Assembly (NCBI GenBank): GCA_963665095.1
Contig: OY762069.1
Location: 640,001 to 704,000 of the forward strand
From: an uncultured Desulfobacter sp.
GTDB lineage: Bacteria; Desulfobacterota; Desulfobacteria; Desulfobacterales; Desulfobacteraceae
DNA length: 64,000 nucleotides
Direction of reading: 5' to 3'
Shown: in pieces, positions 49,401-58,603 of the stretch
How positions within the stretch are numbered: position 1 is the stretch's first letter
Layout: every line of letters begins with the position of its first letter
The notes under the pieces: generated by a model
Database searches by the model: none
Told to the model about the DNA's origin: nothing
Seen by the model: the letters and a program-made list of their open reading frames with translations, nothing else
Translations under genes and position numbers: made by a program

Positions 49401-51772
49401 TTGTTTCCGGAACCATTCTGGGCGTTATTCTTTTTTCCAACAACAAATTGAAAAAAGAGGTAAATGAAAGAAAACGGGTGGAAGAGGCATTAATGGAGAG
49501 CTACTCGCAACTGTCCATCGCTGTGGCTGAAGCGAAAAGCGAAAAGCGAAAGGCGTTAGCTGCAGACAAGGCAAAAAGTGAGTTCCTTGCCAATATGAGC
49601 CATGAAATCCGCACCCCCATGAACGCGATTACCGGCATGACCCATCTGGTTATGCAAACGGAGCTGGATACCCGGCAGAAAGATTATGTGCATAAGATTG
49701 ATGCATCAGCTAAATCTTTGCTGAACCTGATCAACGATATTCTTGATTTTTCAAAGATTGAAGCCGGGAAAATGGATATGGAGGTGGTTGAGTTCAGCCT
49801 GGATGAGACCATGGAAAATCTTGCCAGCCTGATTACGGTGAAAGCAGGCGGTAAAAAGGATATAGAGGTGTTATTCCGGATGGACCCCGGAATTCCTGAC
49901 TTGCTGATGGGAGATCCATTAAGATTGAATCAGGTGCTGGTCAACCTTGGAAACAATGCGGTAAAGTTTACTGAAAAAGGACACATCATTGTATCTGTGG
50001 ATATGTTGGAAAAAACCGAAGAGCAGGTGGTTATAGAATTTTCAGTAACAGACAGCGGCATCGGCATGACCCCGGCACAGCAGGAAAAGCTGTTCAAAGC
50101 CTTCAGCCAGGCGGATTCCTCCACCACGCGGAAATATGGCGGCACAGGACTGGGACTGGCCATCTCAAAGCGCATCGTTGAAATGATGGGAGGACAAATC
50201 CGGCTTGAGAGTGTTGCCGGTAAAGGCAGTACCTTCTCCTTTTCAGTTCCTTTCAAGACCGGCCCGCAGGCGGACAGAATACTGCCCTGCCTGGATGATG
50301 ATATGGCGGATATCCGGGTGATGGTAATTGATGATAATCCTGCATCCAGGAATATTTTTATCCAGATGTTTGGCGTTTTCTCCATTTCAGCCCAAGGCGC
50401 TGATTCCGGGAAAAAGGGCCTTGCCATGATCAAGGCTTCGGAACGGCCTTACGATCTTGTGCTGATTGACTATCAGATGCCGGATATGGACGGGTTTGAA
50501 ACCGTTCTGGAGATCAAAACGCATTATTCCGATACCCCCTGTCCCAAAATTATTCTGGCCTGTTCCACAGAGGATGATACACTTATTTCCAAGGCCAGTG
50601 ATATGGGTATTGACGGGGTTCTTTTTAAGCCCTGTACCTATTCGGCACTATTTAACACTCTTTTGACAGTCTTTGGCCGGCAGAAACTGATGCCGGACAG
50701 GCAGTCCCGTATCCGGAAGCTTCCCAGGTCGATACTTGGGGCCTCAATTCTTCTGGTGGAGGATCATGATATCAATCAGCAGGTGGCAAAGGAGATCCTG
50801 GAAGGCGCCGGCTTTTTTGTCAGTATCGCGAATAATGGAAAGCAGGCCCTTTCCATGGTATTGGAGCAGATGTTTGATCTGGTTCTCATGGACCTGCAGA
50901 TGCCGGTGATGGACGGATATGAAGCCACCCGTGAAATCAGGCGCTACAAAGATGACAAGGCGCTTCCCATCATTGCCATGACTGCTTCTGCCATGCCCCG
51001 GGACCGGGAAAGAGCCATGGCTGCCGGTATGAACGCCCATGTGAGTAAACCCATTGATTTAAATGAACTGTTCCAGGCCCTGTCGCAGTGGATCAAACCG
51101 GGCCAAAGGCCCTTACCCCAGGGATTTGGCAAACAGCCGGGTAAGACGGTTTCCCTTTTGGATGTGCCCGGTATTTCAGTGGGAAAGGCCCTGTCCCGTC
51201 TGGATAATAACCAGGATCTTTACCTTGACCTGCTGGTTAAATTTAAACAGAGTTATTCCCATGCGGACCGACAGTTATGGCAACTTATTGAAACAGGGCA
51301 GGCTGAAGATGCCAGACGGCTGGCACACTCCATCAAAGGGGTGGCCGGAAATATCGGTATGACTGGCGTTCAGGAAGCGGCAGCAGGCCTGGAAACAGCC
51401 TTCCGTAACAGGGCCTCAGCTGAGTATGATACCCTGATGGCCCAATTTTCAGACGGGCTGCCTCTTGTTCTGGCATCTGTTGACCAGCTGACAAAGGATG
51501 TGGCAAATAAGCAGGAGAACAAGTTGGCTGGCAATTCTGATCTCAGATCGCCCGGGGAACTTGTCTCAATGCTGCGGGATCTTGCCCCGTACGTTAAAAA
51601 ACGTGAAGCCAAACCGGCAAAGGAGCTGATAAAAAATATTACCGATCTGTCATGGCCCCGGGGTTTTGCGTCTGATGTGGAAGAGTTAGGACAGTTGATT
51701 GGAAGGTACCAGTTTAAGCCTGCTTTACAAGTTATTGAAAAAATGATGAGTGAATTTGAAAATATAGGATAA
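46427..51772 (+). CDS. Hybrid sensor histidine kinase with four periplasmic SBP domains, HisKA-HATPase, two REC domains and Hpt
   Basis: Four SBP family 3 repeats; FLANMSHEIRTPMN; GGTGLGL; LIDYQMP and LMDLQMP; AHSIKGVAGNIG. Confidence 0.95.
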   Translation: MRLTILPACVTYLFSVLFLWFMTVVSAMGSQIPEKVEVAVGMDSVPYYYLDQDNQAAGLVVDIWKLWSRQTGIKVVFKSYPFYQTLTAVQDGEADIHAGCFFSEERSRSLDFVTPVATVRTHFFVRKNILGVKSLVDLRGFRIGVIKGDAAIGYLKQKMPDASLAMYTDNQSLFNAVKSGDILAFVKDTNIALAMLKQKGILSQYRYFDQEPLYEADWLCAVRRGNTDLADIVRNGMQSIAQSKKEAVLQKWTGRTQALDADALIIACCSEYPPMSMISASGHPSGMLVDVWRLWSAKTGQKIKFRFFNWEDSLKALEDGRADIHSGLFRSITREKSLGFSKPFYRVESGFFYRLGPDAPERLSDLKDKPVGVDAGTIQLDYLQSGNHAFHPFPVKTDLIHEAAQGSFDAFFAELPYVSAQLERRGEQGVYDLLPQGRLVMALHAGVAKKHSARLDTIDKGFAAISDVELADIEARWIKDPDLRRFSSDALENILSREEKNWLKDHQVIPLLGDATWPPIGFADETGRYKGVAADYIKLIGRRLGVRFEVISDYTWNQMMTQVKSGKANGITCIVRENDRENFLSFSNPYFVCPYVIVTRKDRPAISGIEDLSGRTLAIENGYFLHTRLKQEYPKVILKPVENTRTALDTVVTGEADAYIGNLMVIKYLLNEKGISDLKIAAPSPWPGSRLCMGIRKDWPFLISAIDKAIENISQESHRLINQHWMEDSGDMEQEVMFLLSPREKAWLKAHPEIRLGIDPAWPPFEFFSRKYGYSGLASEYIRQIGKRLNITMTPQTGQTWPEALDMGKNRAVDLFPCIVPSPGRKQFLEFTKPYLSFPMVVAARASFPFISGLNELEGKKVVVVKGYVSHEILEKEFPRLELETVESVNHGLKLVSQGRADVFVGNLASITYSSKKMGLTNIKISAVTPYLFELSMGVRKDWPQLVSILDKTLNTMPEAEKNKIRDAWISMQFEHRINWSLLWKWILGMTLVSGTILGVILFSNNKLKKEVNERKRVEEALMESYSQLSIAVAEAKSEKRKALAADKAKSEFLANMSHEIRTPMNAITGMTHLVMQTELDTRQKDYVHKIDASAKSLLNLINDILDFSKIEAGKMDMEVVEFSLDETMENLASLITVKAGGKKDIEVLFRMDPGIPDLLMGDPLRLNQVLVNLGNNAVKFTEKGHIIVSVDMLEKTEEQVVIEFSVTDSGIGMTPAQQEKLFKAFSQADSSTTRKYGGTGLGLAISKRIVEMMGGQIRLESVAGKGSTFSFSVPFKTGPQADRILPCLDDDMADIRVMVIDDNPASRNIFIQMFGVFSISAQGADSGKKGLAMIKASERPYDLVLIDYQMPDMDGFETVLEIKTHYSDTPCPKIILACSTEDDTLISKASDMGIDGVLFKPCTYSALFNTLLTVFGRQKLMPDRQSRIRKLPRSILGASILLVEDHDINQQVAKEILEGAGFFVSIANNGKQALSMVLEQMFDLVLMDLQMPVMDGYEATREIRRYKDDKALPIIAMTASAMPRDRERAMAAGMNAHVSKPIDLNELFQALSQWIKPGQRPLPQGFGKQPGKTVSLLDVPGISVGKALSRLDNNQDLYLDLLVKFKQSYSHADRQLWQLIETGQAEDARRLAHSIKGVAGNIGMTGVQEAAAGLETAFRNRASAEYDTLMAQFSDGLPLVLASVDQLTKDVANKQENKLAGNSDLRSPGELVSMLRDLAPYVKKREAKPAKELIKNITDLSWPRGFASDVEELGQLIGRYQFKPALQVIEKMMSEFENIG

Positions 51773-51775
51773 ATT

Positions 51776-52867
51776 ATGGCGGAATTATCTCAGATGCGTG
51801 TTCTGGTGGTGGATGACGTTGAAACCAATGTTGATATCCTTGTGGAGACCCTGGGGAATGATTACCGGGTCAGCGTGGCCATGGACGGTGAATCGGCCCT
51901 GGAAATTATTGAGGAAGATCCTCCGGATATTATCCTTATGGATATCATGATGCCCGGGATTAACGGATACGAGGTCTGTGCGCGACTGAAATCAAAAACA
52001 GCCACCCGGGATATCCCTGTGGTTTTTTTAACAGCACTGTCTGAAGAGGAAAACGAAGCCAAGGGGCTGGCCCTGGGGGCAGTGGATTACATCACAAAAC
52101 CCTTCAGGGCTGCGCTGGTCAAGGCCCGTGTGAAAAATCACCTGGAGCTGAAGCAGCACAAGGATCATCTGGAAAATCTGGTGGCCCGGCGTACCAGGGA
52201 GGTTTTGTTAACCCAGGAAATCAGCATGGAAAGTATTGGCACCCTGGCTGAGTTCAGGGATCCTGAAACCGGAGGGCATATCAAGCGCACCCAGCATTAT
52301 ATTAAAGCGCTTGCCGATCAACTTAAACTTCTGCCCAGGTATAGCTCCATGCTCAATGAAGAGATCATAGACAGAATATATAAATGCGCACCCTTGCATG
52401 ACATCGGGAAAGTGGCCATACCCGATGCCATACTTAAAAAACCGGGGAAGCTGACTGAAGATGAATTCAACGTGATGAAAACCCATACCATCCATGGGTA
52501 TGAGGTGCTGCTCTCCGGTAAAACCCGTCTGGACACCGGGGCCTACCTGAAATGTGCCGGCTCCATTGCCCTGACTCACCATGAAAAGTGGGACGGGTCA
52601 GGTTATCCCCGGGGGCTTTCAGGGGATAACATTCCTGTGGAGGGGCGGCTGATGGCCATTGCCGATGTCTATGATGCACTGGTCTCCAGGCGGGTGTATA
52701 AGCCGCCGTTGCCCCATTCAAAAGCCATGTCCATTATCCTTGATGGCAGAGCACACCATTTTGATCCTGAAATGGTGGATGTGTTTGAACGCCAGGGTGA
52801 AGCATTCAGGGCCATTGCCATAGAATTTGCAGACCATGAAGATGAAATCAAAACCTTGCAGTGCTGA
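51776..52867 (+). CDS. Response regulator with HD-GYP c-di-GMP phosphodiesterase domain (RpfG-like)
   Basis: REC domain; ETGGHIKR, LHDIGK, HHEKWDGSGYP, ADVYDAL. Confidence 0.95.
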   Translation: MAELSQMRVLVVDDVETNVDILVETLGNDYRVSVAMDGESALEIIEEDPPDIILMDIMMPGINGYEVCARLKSKTATRDIPVVFLTALSEEENEAKGLALGAVDYITKPFRAALVKARVKNHLELKQHKDHLENLVARRTREVLLTQEISMESIGTLAEFRDPETGGHIKRTQHYIKALADQLKLLPRYSSMLNEEIIDRIYKCAPLHDIGKVAIPDAILKKPGKLTEDEFNVMKTHTIHGYEVLLSGKTRLDTGAYLKCAGSIALTHHEKWDGSGYPRGLSGDNIPVEGRLMAIADVYDALVSRRVYKPPLPHSKAMSIILDGRAHHFDPEMVDVFERQGEAFRAIAIEFADHEDEIKTLQC

Positions 52868-52889
52868 CTGCCATAAAAATAAGGGGTAG

Positions 52890-54068
52890 GTGATGGAGCA
52901 GGGCGTTGTACATGAACAGGCGGTGATGGTGGTTGAAGATTGCGAGCCTGATATTGATGCACTGGTAGCCTGTTTAAGCGGTAATTACAAGATTCAGGTG
53001 GCAACTGACGGGGAGAGTGCCCTTTCAAGCATGCGGCAGAATGTACCTGACATGGTGCTTCTGGACATTTTGATGCCCGGCATGGACGGATTTGAGGTGT
53101 GCCGGCAGATTAAGGCAGACCCTGCCCTGCAGGATGTGCTGGTTATCTTTGTCACCAGCCTGACTGAGGAGGTGGATGAAACCAGGGGGCTGGAAATGGG
53201 CGCTGTGGACTATATCACCAAGCCGTTTAACTTTGCTGTGATCCGCGCCAAGGTGAAGACCCACCTTGAGCTGGCCATGGCCAGAAAGGAGCTGGCATAC
53301 CAGAATCAAATCCTTAAAGAAAATATTGAACTGCGGGAACAGGTGGATCAGATTTATCGTCATGATTTGAAAACCCCGATTCAGACAGTGCTTGGAGCTG
53401 CCCAGATCATGCAAACCTCACGGACGCTTGACGAAAATAGACAAAAGTGGCTGGTACAGGAGCAGATCAACGCCTGCTTTAACATGATTGACATGCTTAA
53501 CCGCACCATGATGCTTTATAAAATGGAAAAGGATGCCTGCCCTCTGAATGTGACCCGTGTGGATGTGATGCCGGTTTTTGATCGGATTTTCATGGCGTTT
53601 TCCAAACGGATGTCCAAAAGAGGCATCCAGGCAGGCGTTTCTATGAATGGCGCACTGGTTCACTCCGGTCAGAAGTACATGATTTCCTGCGATGAAATGC
53701 TTTTCTACATCATGATGACCAACCTGTTTCAAAATGCCCTGGATGCTTCCCCAAACAACGCCACCATTGATATCAGAATTCAAGACCGGGAACGGGAATA
53801 TATTGAAATTGAGATGGAAAACCAGGGCCTTATCCCGAAGTCGATTCGTGACCGTTTTTTTGAAAAGTTTGTCACCCATGGGAAAGCCAATGGCACGGGG
53901 ATCGGAACCTATTCAGCCATGCTTACAGCTAAGCTGCATGGCGGCAGCATTGACTTTTTTTTATCCGAATTGAATAACACAACCCGTATCCGTGTATCTC
54001 TTCCCAAGGACCCACCAGGCTGTCCTTTTGAAAATAATGATGTTGATAAGGGATCGTCATTTTCATGA
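52890..54068 (+). CDS. Hybrid REC-histidine kinase
   Basis: REC (LLDILMP), RHDLKTP, NLFQNA, GTGIG. Confidence 0.92.
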   Translation: MMEQGVVHEQAVMVVEDCEPDIDALVACLSGNYKIQVATDGESALSSMRQNVPDMVLLDILMPGMDGFEVCRQIKADPALQDVLVIFVTSLTEEVDETRGLEMGAVDYITKPFNFAVIRAKVKTHLELAMARKELAYQNQILKENIELREQVDQIYRHDLKTPIQTVLGAAQIMQTSRTLDENRQKWLVQEQINACFNMIDMLNRTMMLYKMEKDACPLNVTRVDVMPVFDRIFMAFSKRMSKRGIQAGVSMNGALVHSGQKYMISCDEMLFYIMMTNLFQNALDASPNNATIDIRIQDREREYIEIEMENQGLIPKSIRDRFFEKFVTHGKANGTGIGTYSAMLTAKLHGGSIDFFLSELNNTTRIRVSLPKDPPGCPFENNDVDKGSSFS

Positions 54069-54112
54069 AGCACACTGCTTTTTAAACGTGTTAGGAAGAT
54101 CAAAATAAAACA

Positions 54113-54140
54113 GCCGGCAGTTTGAAATAAAACTGCCGGC
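54113..54140. terminator. Intrinsic terminator between convergent genes
   Basis: gccggcagttt-gaaata-aaactgccggc, with an A-run upstream (T-tail on the minus strand). Confidence 0.75.
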
Positions 54141-54166
54141 CATTAGTGATGTCTTTTACCGCTTTA

Positions 54167-55492
54167 CTACATAGCGGTTTCCGGATGGAAAACGTTTACC
54201 TCTTTGAGATCATCTCCAAGGTATTCTCTTTCATTGGGGCCAAGAATACCTAAAGACAGACAGAGCAGGGTCCACAGATGAACAACGCCGTAATGTGCTT
54301 CGTAATGTTCGGAAAGCTCATGGATCTGGGCATGGCAGTTGTGACAGGCGGCAATGCAATAATCTGCACCAGTCGCCTGGATCTGCTGGTCTTTTGTTTT
54401 TCCGTAGGTCAGGCGTTCGTCTTTAAAGCCTGACTGGAGAAATCCGCCGCCACCGCCGCAACAATAGTTATTGGAACGGTTGGGCTGCATATCAATGAAG
54501 TTTTCTTCTCCCACAATGGATTTCACAACAAAACGCAGATCGTCGGCAATGGGGTCGCCATAGCTCTTCCTGACGATCTGGCAGGGATCCTGTACCGTAA
54601 ATTTAATCTTCAGGTCTTTGTTCCAGTCGGAGCTGGGTTTCAGCCGACCTTCACGGATCCATTTTGCATAGTATTCGTAAATATTTTTAATTTCTAAACC
54701 ATCAGTATCAAGATTGAATTTTTTCGCTCCGGCCCGGACCGAGTAAGTTACGTGCCCTCACTCGGTATTGAGGTACGTCTTACACCCCAACTTTCTTGCC
54801 TGATTGATACTGGTGGATGTCAGATGTTTCCAGGACTCGTCATCGGCCAGAAACATGCAGTAGTTTTCACCGCCCCATCCCTTGGAACCGTAGGTCCAGT
54901 TGATGCCGGCTGTGTGAAGAATTTTCCATAAGGGGACCATCTCGTCCGGTTCGGTGACTGGTTCCCTGGAGTTCTGGTTAAGGAAAAATTCAGCCCCTTC
55001 CTTGTCTATGGGTGCTTCCATCTCTTCGAATTCGGGCTGGGCTTCCTGATACTCTTCCAGGACATCCCCAACCACAAATTCAAAATCTTCTTCGCTGGTC
55101 CCCATGGCAGAGCCGGTATCGTTTTTCAAAGCGGCATCACAGGAGCCCAGAATTCCTCTGGGGCGTTCTTCCCTGGGTCTTAAGGCCCGTGCGTTGAAAA
55201 CAAGCTGGGGAATATCAATTTTCATGGGGCAGACATAGATACAGCGCATGCACATGGTACACATCCAGGGCCAGTCAGATGCGGCAATCTCTTCATCCAT
55301 GCCCAGGGCAGCCATGCGTAAGAATTTTCTGGGGTCCATATCTGCCAGCCCGGTGGCCGGGCAGCCTGATGAGCAGGCGCCGCAGGTCAGGCAGGCATTG
55401 AGATTTCCACCCTCGGGCAGAATCTCTTTAACCTTGTCAATAAAAGTAGAGGCCTTTTTCCTTCGGCCCAGTTTGATGACACTTTCTGCCAT
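54167..55492 (-). CDS. HdrD/GlpC-like Fe-S oxidoreductase (2x[4Fe-4S] plus CCG domains), probable selenoprotein with in-frame UGA at 54758-54760
   Basis: CLTCGACSSGCP, CTMCMRCIYVCP; LNTE-TGA-GH aligns with the ECGH motif; the frame stays open through QDPC, CCGGGGG and ACHNC to the stop at 54167. Confidence 0.88.
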
Positions 55493-55975
55493 GTCGCTTC
55501 CTTTCTTCAATACAGTTAAAGGGTAACAATCGGCCTGTTAATCTTAGTCGTGGGTTCCCATAATGACATAGATATTGATGACTTGGATATCACCTTGATA
55601 GTCAGTACAGGTGCCGCAATCGACAAATGTAAATTTTTTCAAACGGGTTTCCCCATATTCTTACAGCAGGGGTGAGTATTTTCTAACAACCTGAATACAC
55701 ACGGCATAACTTGTATCAATAGAAACCTTTTACCCTGCAGGTGGAAAACTATAGCAAATAATAATATTGAATTCAATTGCTTGATCAAAATTTGCTTCAT
55801 CCAGTTCCTGGTACCTGGTTTTTAAGGTACGTTCAGATAGGCTGGCAGCCTTTTTCAGGCCTGCCGGAAGGCTGAAAGTCCCATGGAAAAAATTACTTCC
55901 ATGCACCTGGGGGATAGGTTAGTATGTTGAAGTTTAAAAAACGTAGCCCTGATTTACTAACCGGACCTGAAAATT

Positions 55976-56863
55976 GTGGAGCGCAGATATTTTTTAAAAC
56001 TTACCGGATCAGCCGTTTTAAGCGGCCTGCTCCTGCCGTTGCCCCCTGGAGTTAAAAATGCCCTGGCCTGGCGGCACCCTGTTCCATCCGGTCTGGTTTC
56101 AGATCACGGTGTTAAGGATGCCTTGGACCCCCCATCTTCTTCCCGGGCACAACGGACGATCAAGACATGTTTTTTTAACCGGCATTATCAGGACGATCTG
56201 TTTTTATCCACCGATGAAATGCCGCTTTTGTTGTCAAGCCTTGGTCGCTTTAAACGTGTCCAGAGAACGATTGGTCACGGCAACTTTTGTCTTGCCGGGT
56301 TTGATGATGCCCTTTCCTGTGCCAGATCCTACAGCAGGGTCGGATCATTTACCCGGCAGGAGATTGATTTCCTGGAGAAACTGTTTCACCGGTCTGCTGC
56401 AGATTATGGCTTCATGGGAAAAAAAACAGTTGACCGGATAACCTGGCAGGTCCCGGTTGATCAAACTGTTAAAATTCATGGTACAGGCAATTATTTATTC
56501 AAAGGCAGCCCTGAAGCCTTATACCGGGATATTTGCAGGAAAATCGGGCCGGATGCTGTCCTGACCTCGGGGATCCGAGGGGTGAGCAAGCAGTTTCTGC
56601 TCTTTATGGACAAGGCGGCAGACAGTCAGGGCAACCTCTCCATGGCATCACGTTCCCTGGCCCCCCCGGGATACTCCTTTCATGCCACCGGAGACTTTGA
56701 CATGGGGGAAAAGGGATTCGGGGTTGATAATTTTACTGAAAAATTTACAAGGACCCGAGTATACAACCAGCTCTCTGACCTGGGCTATATTAAATTCAGG
56801 TATGGCCCCAATAACCACCTTGGGGTAAGATTTGAACCCTGGCATGTTGAAGTGGCGTCCTGA
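55976..56863 (+). CDS. Tat-exported M15 family D,D-carboxypeptidase (VanY-like)
   Basis: RRYFLK Tat motif; TSGIR, APPGYSFHATGDFD, FEPWH. Confidence 0.88.
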   Translation: MERRYFLKLTGSAVLSGLLLPLPPGVKNALAWRHPVPSGLVSDHGVKDALDPPSSSRAQRTIKTCFFNRHYQDDLFLSTDEMPLLLSSLGRFKRVQRTIGHGNFCLAGFDDALSCARSYSRVGSFTRQEIDFLEKLFHRSAADYGFMGKKTVDRITWQVPVDQTVKIHGTGNYLFKGSPEALYRDICRKIGPDAVLTSGIRGVSKQFLLFMDKAADSQGNLSMASRSLAPPGYSFHATGDFDMGEKGFGVDNFTEKFTRTRVYNQLSDLGYIKFRYGPNNHLGVRFEPWHVEVAS

Positions 56864-56880
56864 CGCTACTCGAATTCTGG

Positions 56881-56910
56881 CCCCCTCCGCGGTTTAAAGC
56901 CGGAGAGGGG
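56881..56910. terminator. GC-rich hairpin between convergent genes
   Basis: ccccctccgcggtttaaagccggagagggg. Confidence 0.5.
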
Positions 56911-56922
56911 ACCTGAGCGCAA

Positions 56923-57807
56923 TTATTTTGCTTTTTTAAAGGTCAGAAAAGGACAAAGTTTACAAATATCAAATCCAGGATAGGTTTCGCCGGTGCGCGG
57001 GAAGGAGACTCCGCCGTCCCTGATGGTTCTTTCCAGCATCCAGTGGACGGTTGGTTCCATTTGTGTATATGGCATAATCCAGTTCACCTCTCCCTGCTCT
57101 GTTTTGCCGGCAGTATAACTGCTGCTGCACATTTGGGTAATGTTGAATTTCTGCATCACATGACATTGAACGCACCCGTGACAGATGGAGGAATTCATGG
57201 TCATGATCGTTTGGAGAGGATGATTGTCAAAGGCCGCATTCCAGTCATTTCCCAGATGGTATGATTGCAGCACATCGCACATGCCATGGATCAGGTCCGG
57301 TGTAAACGGGGCTTTATGCAAAGGCGCCGTGGCAAAGGCAAGGGGAGATTCGGGCAGCCGTTTTTTTGTTTTTATAAACCGCTCTGCCTGTTCCCTGTCC
57401 TTGGTGTACTTTAAATGGCTTTTTATTTCAGACTCATCCATCTCCTTCCACTTTAAAACAAATTTTGCATTGCCGCATCCCATTTTATCTTCTGTGCCGA
57501 GAAGAATATCCCCCCGCTGCCGGGAAGCCGCAACATATGCGCAAAATGTTATCGCTTTAATCGCGGTTTTATATTCTACATTATTTTTAAACTCATCCAG
57601 TTCGGCCTGGTCAAAAAAGTATTTAACTGCCACGGGATAGTATTTCATTTTCAGGATATTTCGAAGGGCAAAAACAATATCTGAGTTTGAAAGTGTTCCT
57701 CCGTTCTGGTCCGCGTTTTCCAGAAGCCGTTTGGCCAGTTCTACATCATCCATGTACATTGCGGTATTGATACCTGTTTCTGCCTGAGTGTTATTGTTTT
57801 TAGCCAT
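56923..57807 (-). CDS. DUF169 family protein
   Basis: LKMKYYPVAVK, TFCAYV, MGCGNA, APLHKAPFTPD, SICH pattern. Confidence 0.75.
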   Translation of the reverse strand: MAKNNNTQAETGINTAMYMDDVELAKRLLENADQNGGTLSNSDIVFALRNILKMKYYPVAVKYFFDQAELDEFKNNVEYKTAIKAITFCAYVAASRQRGDILLGTEDKMGCGNAKFVLKWKEMDESEIKSHLKYTKDREQAERFIKTKKRLPESPLAFATAPLHKAPFTPDLIHGMCDVLQSYHLGNDWNAAFDNHPLQTIMTMNSSICHGCVQCHVMQKFNITQMCSSSYTAGKTEQGEVNWIMPYTQMEPTVHWMLERTIRDGGVSFPRTGETYPGFDICKLCPFLTFKKAK

Positions 57808-57923
57808 GCATCTCTCCCTATGTTGAAATTGAAAGCCCTTGTTTCTATAAATATAAAATTAAGAGCTTTTTAATGAATCTGAAAAAGCCGAAAACGACTT
57901 CCCTGTGTACGGCCAACATGTCT

Positions 57924-57938
57924 GCACTATTTATACCA
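57924..57938 (-). promoter_or_regulatory. Sigma54 -24/-12 promoter for the DUF169 gene
   Basis: Minus strand TGGTATAAATAGTGC (GG-N10-GC). Confidence 0.6.
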
Positions 57939-58414
57939 TTGGTAAATACAAATAGCAGGATAAAGGGTCTGAAACCCGGCCAATAATTGTTTCCGAAATT
58001 TTTATGCATCTTTGTCAGGTTTTTCCGGGATGACGGCTGCCGGGGAGAGTTGCAGTATTTTTATTGCAGGGCTCCCCTTAATGCCATAAAAAATCTGCGG
58101 CGAAAAATATGTACCTATACCAAAGCGCTGCTGCATGCCTGACCAAAGTCCGGGCGCTTGTTCCTTTTGCATGAAGATATGCAATAAAAAAAATGCGGCG
58201 CAATGTTTTTATTGCGCAGTATTTTTCTGCCAAATTCCCATTTTAGATTTCTGTGCATGCGTAACTAATTGATTTTAAATAATTATATCTGTTTTTTGAA
58301 ATATCACACTTAAGAAATGTTTTACAGGTTCGGAAAACAGGGCATGCGAATAGTTGTTAATTTTATATTACATTTCAATATATTGACACAAATCAGGCCC
58401 GGGGATGCCTTCCA

Positions 58415-58429
58415 TGGCATGGTTATGGC
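58415..58429 (+). promoter_or_regulatory. Sigma54 -24/-12 promoter for the TauE operon
   Basis: TGGCATGGTTATGGC (GG-N10-GC). Confidence 0.55.
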
Positions 58430-58603
58430 TATGACTTAAAGGCCCAAGGGATGAAAACGTTAAGAGATGGTTTGTGGTTCTGGTGCAGGAAGGATTTTTA
58501 AGTTCCCCATGGAAACCGGAAAATTAAAGGCCTTTGCACTGGCAGGATAATGACCCGGGATGTTCGAAAATACCGGACACCCTTATTATTGAGGAGAAGA
58601 GGT

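Noticed and set aside
54758..55510. Treating the Fe-S oxidoreductase as two genes or a pseudogene
   Set aside because: A single in-frame TGA at a conserved Cys position, with an open frame on both sides, is better explained by selenocysteine
55544..55642. 32-aa minus-strand ORF MKKFTFVDCGTCTDY... with CxxC upstream of the selenoprotein
   Set aside because: TTG start, weak SD and no recognisable family; cannot be supported without homologs
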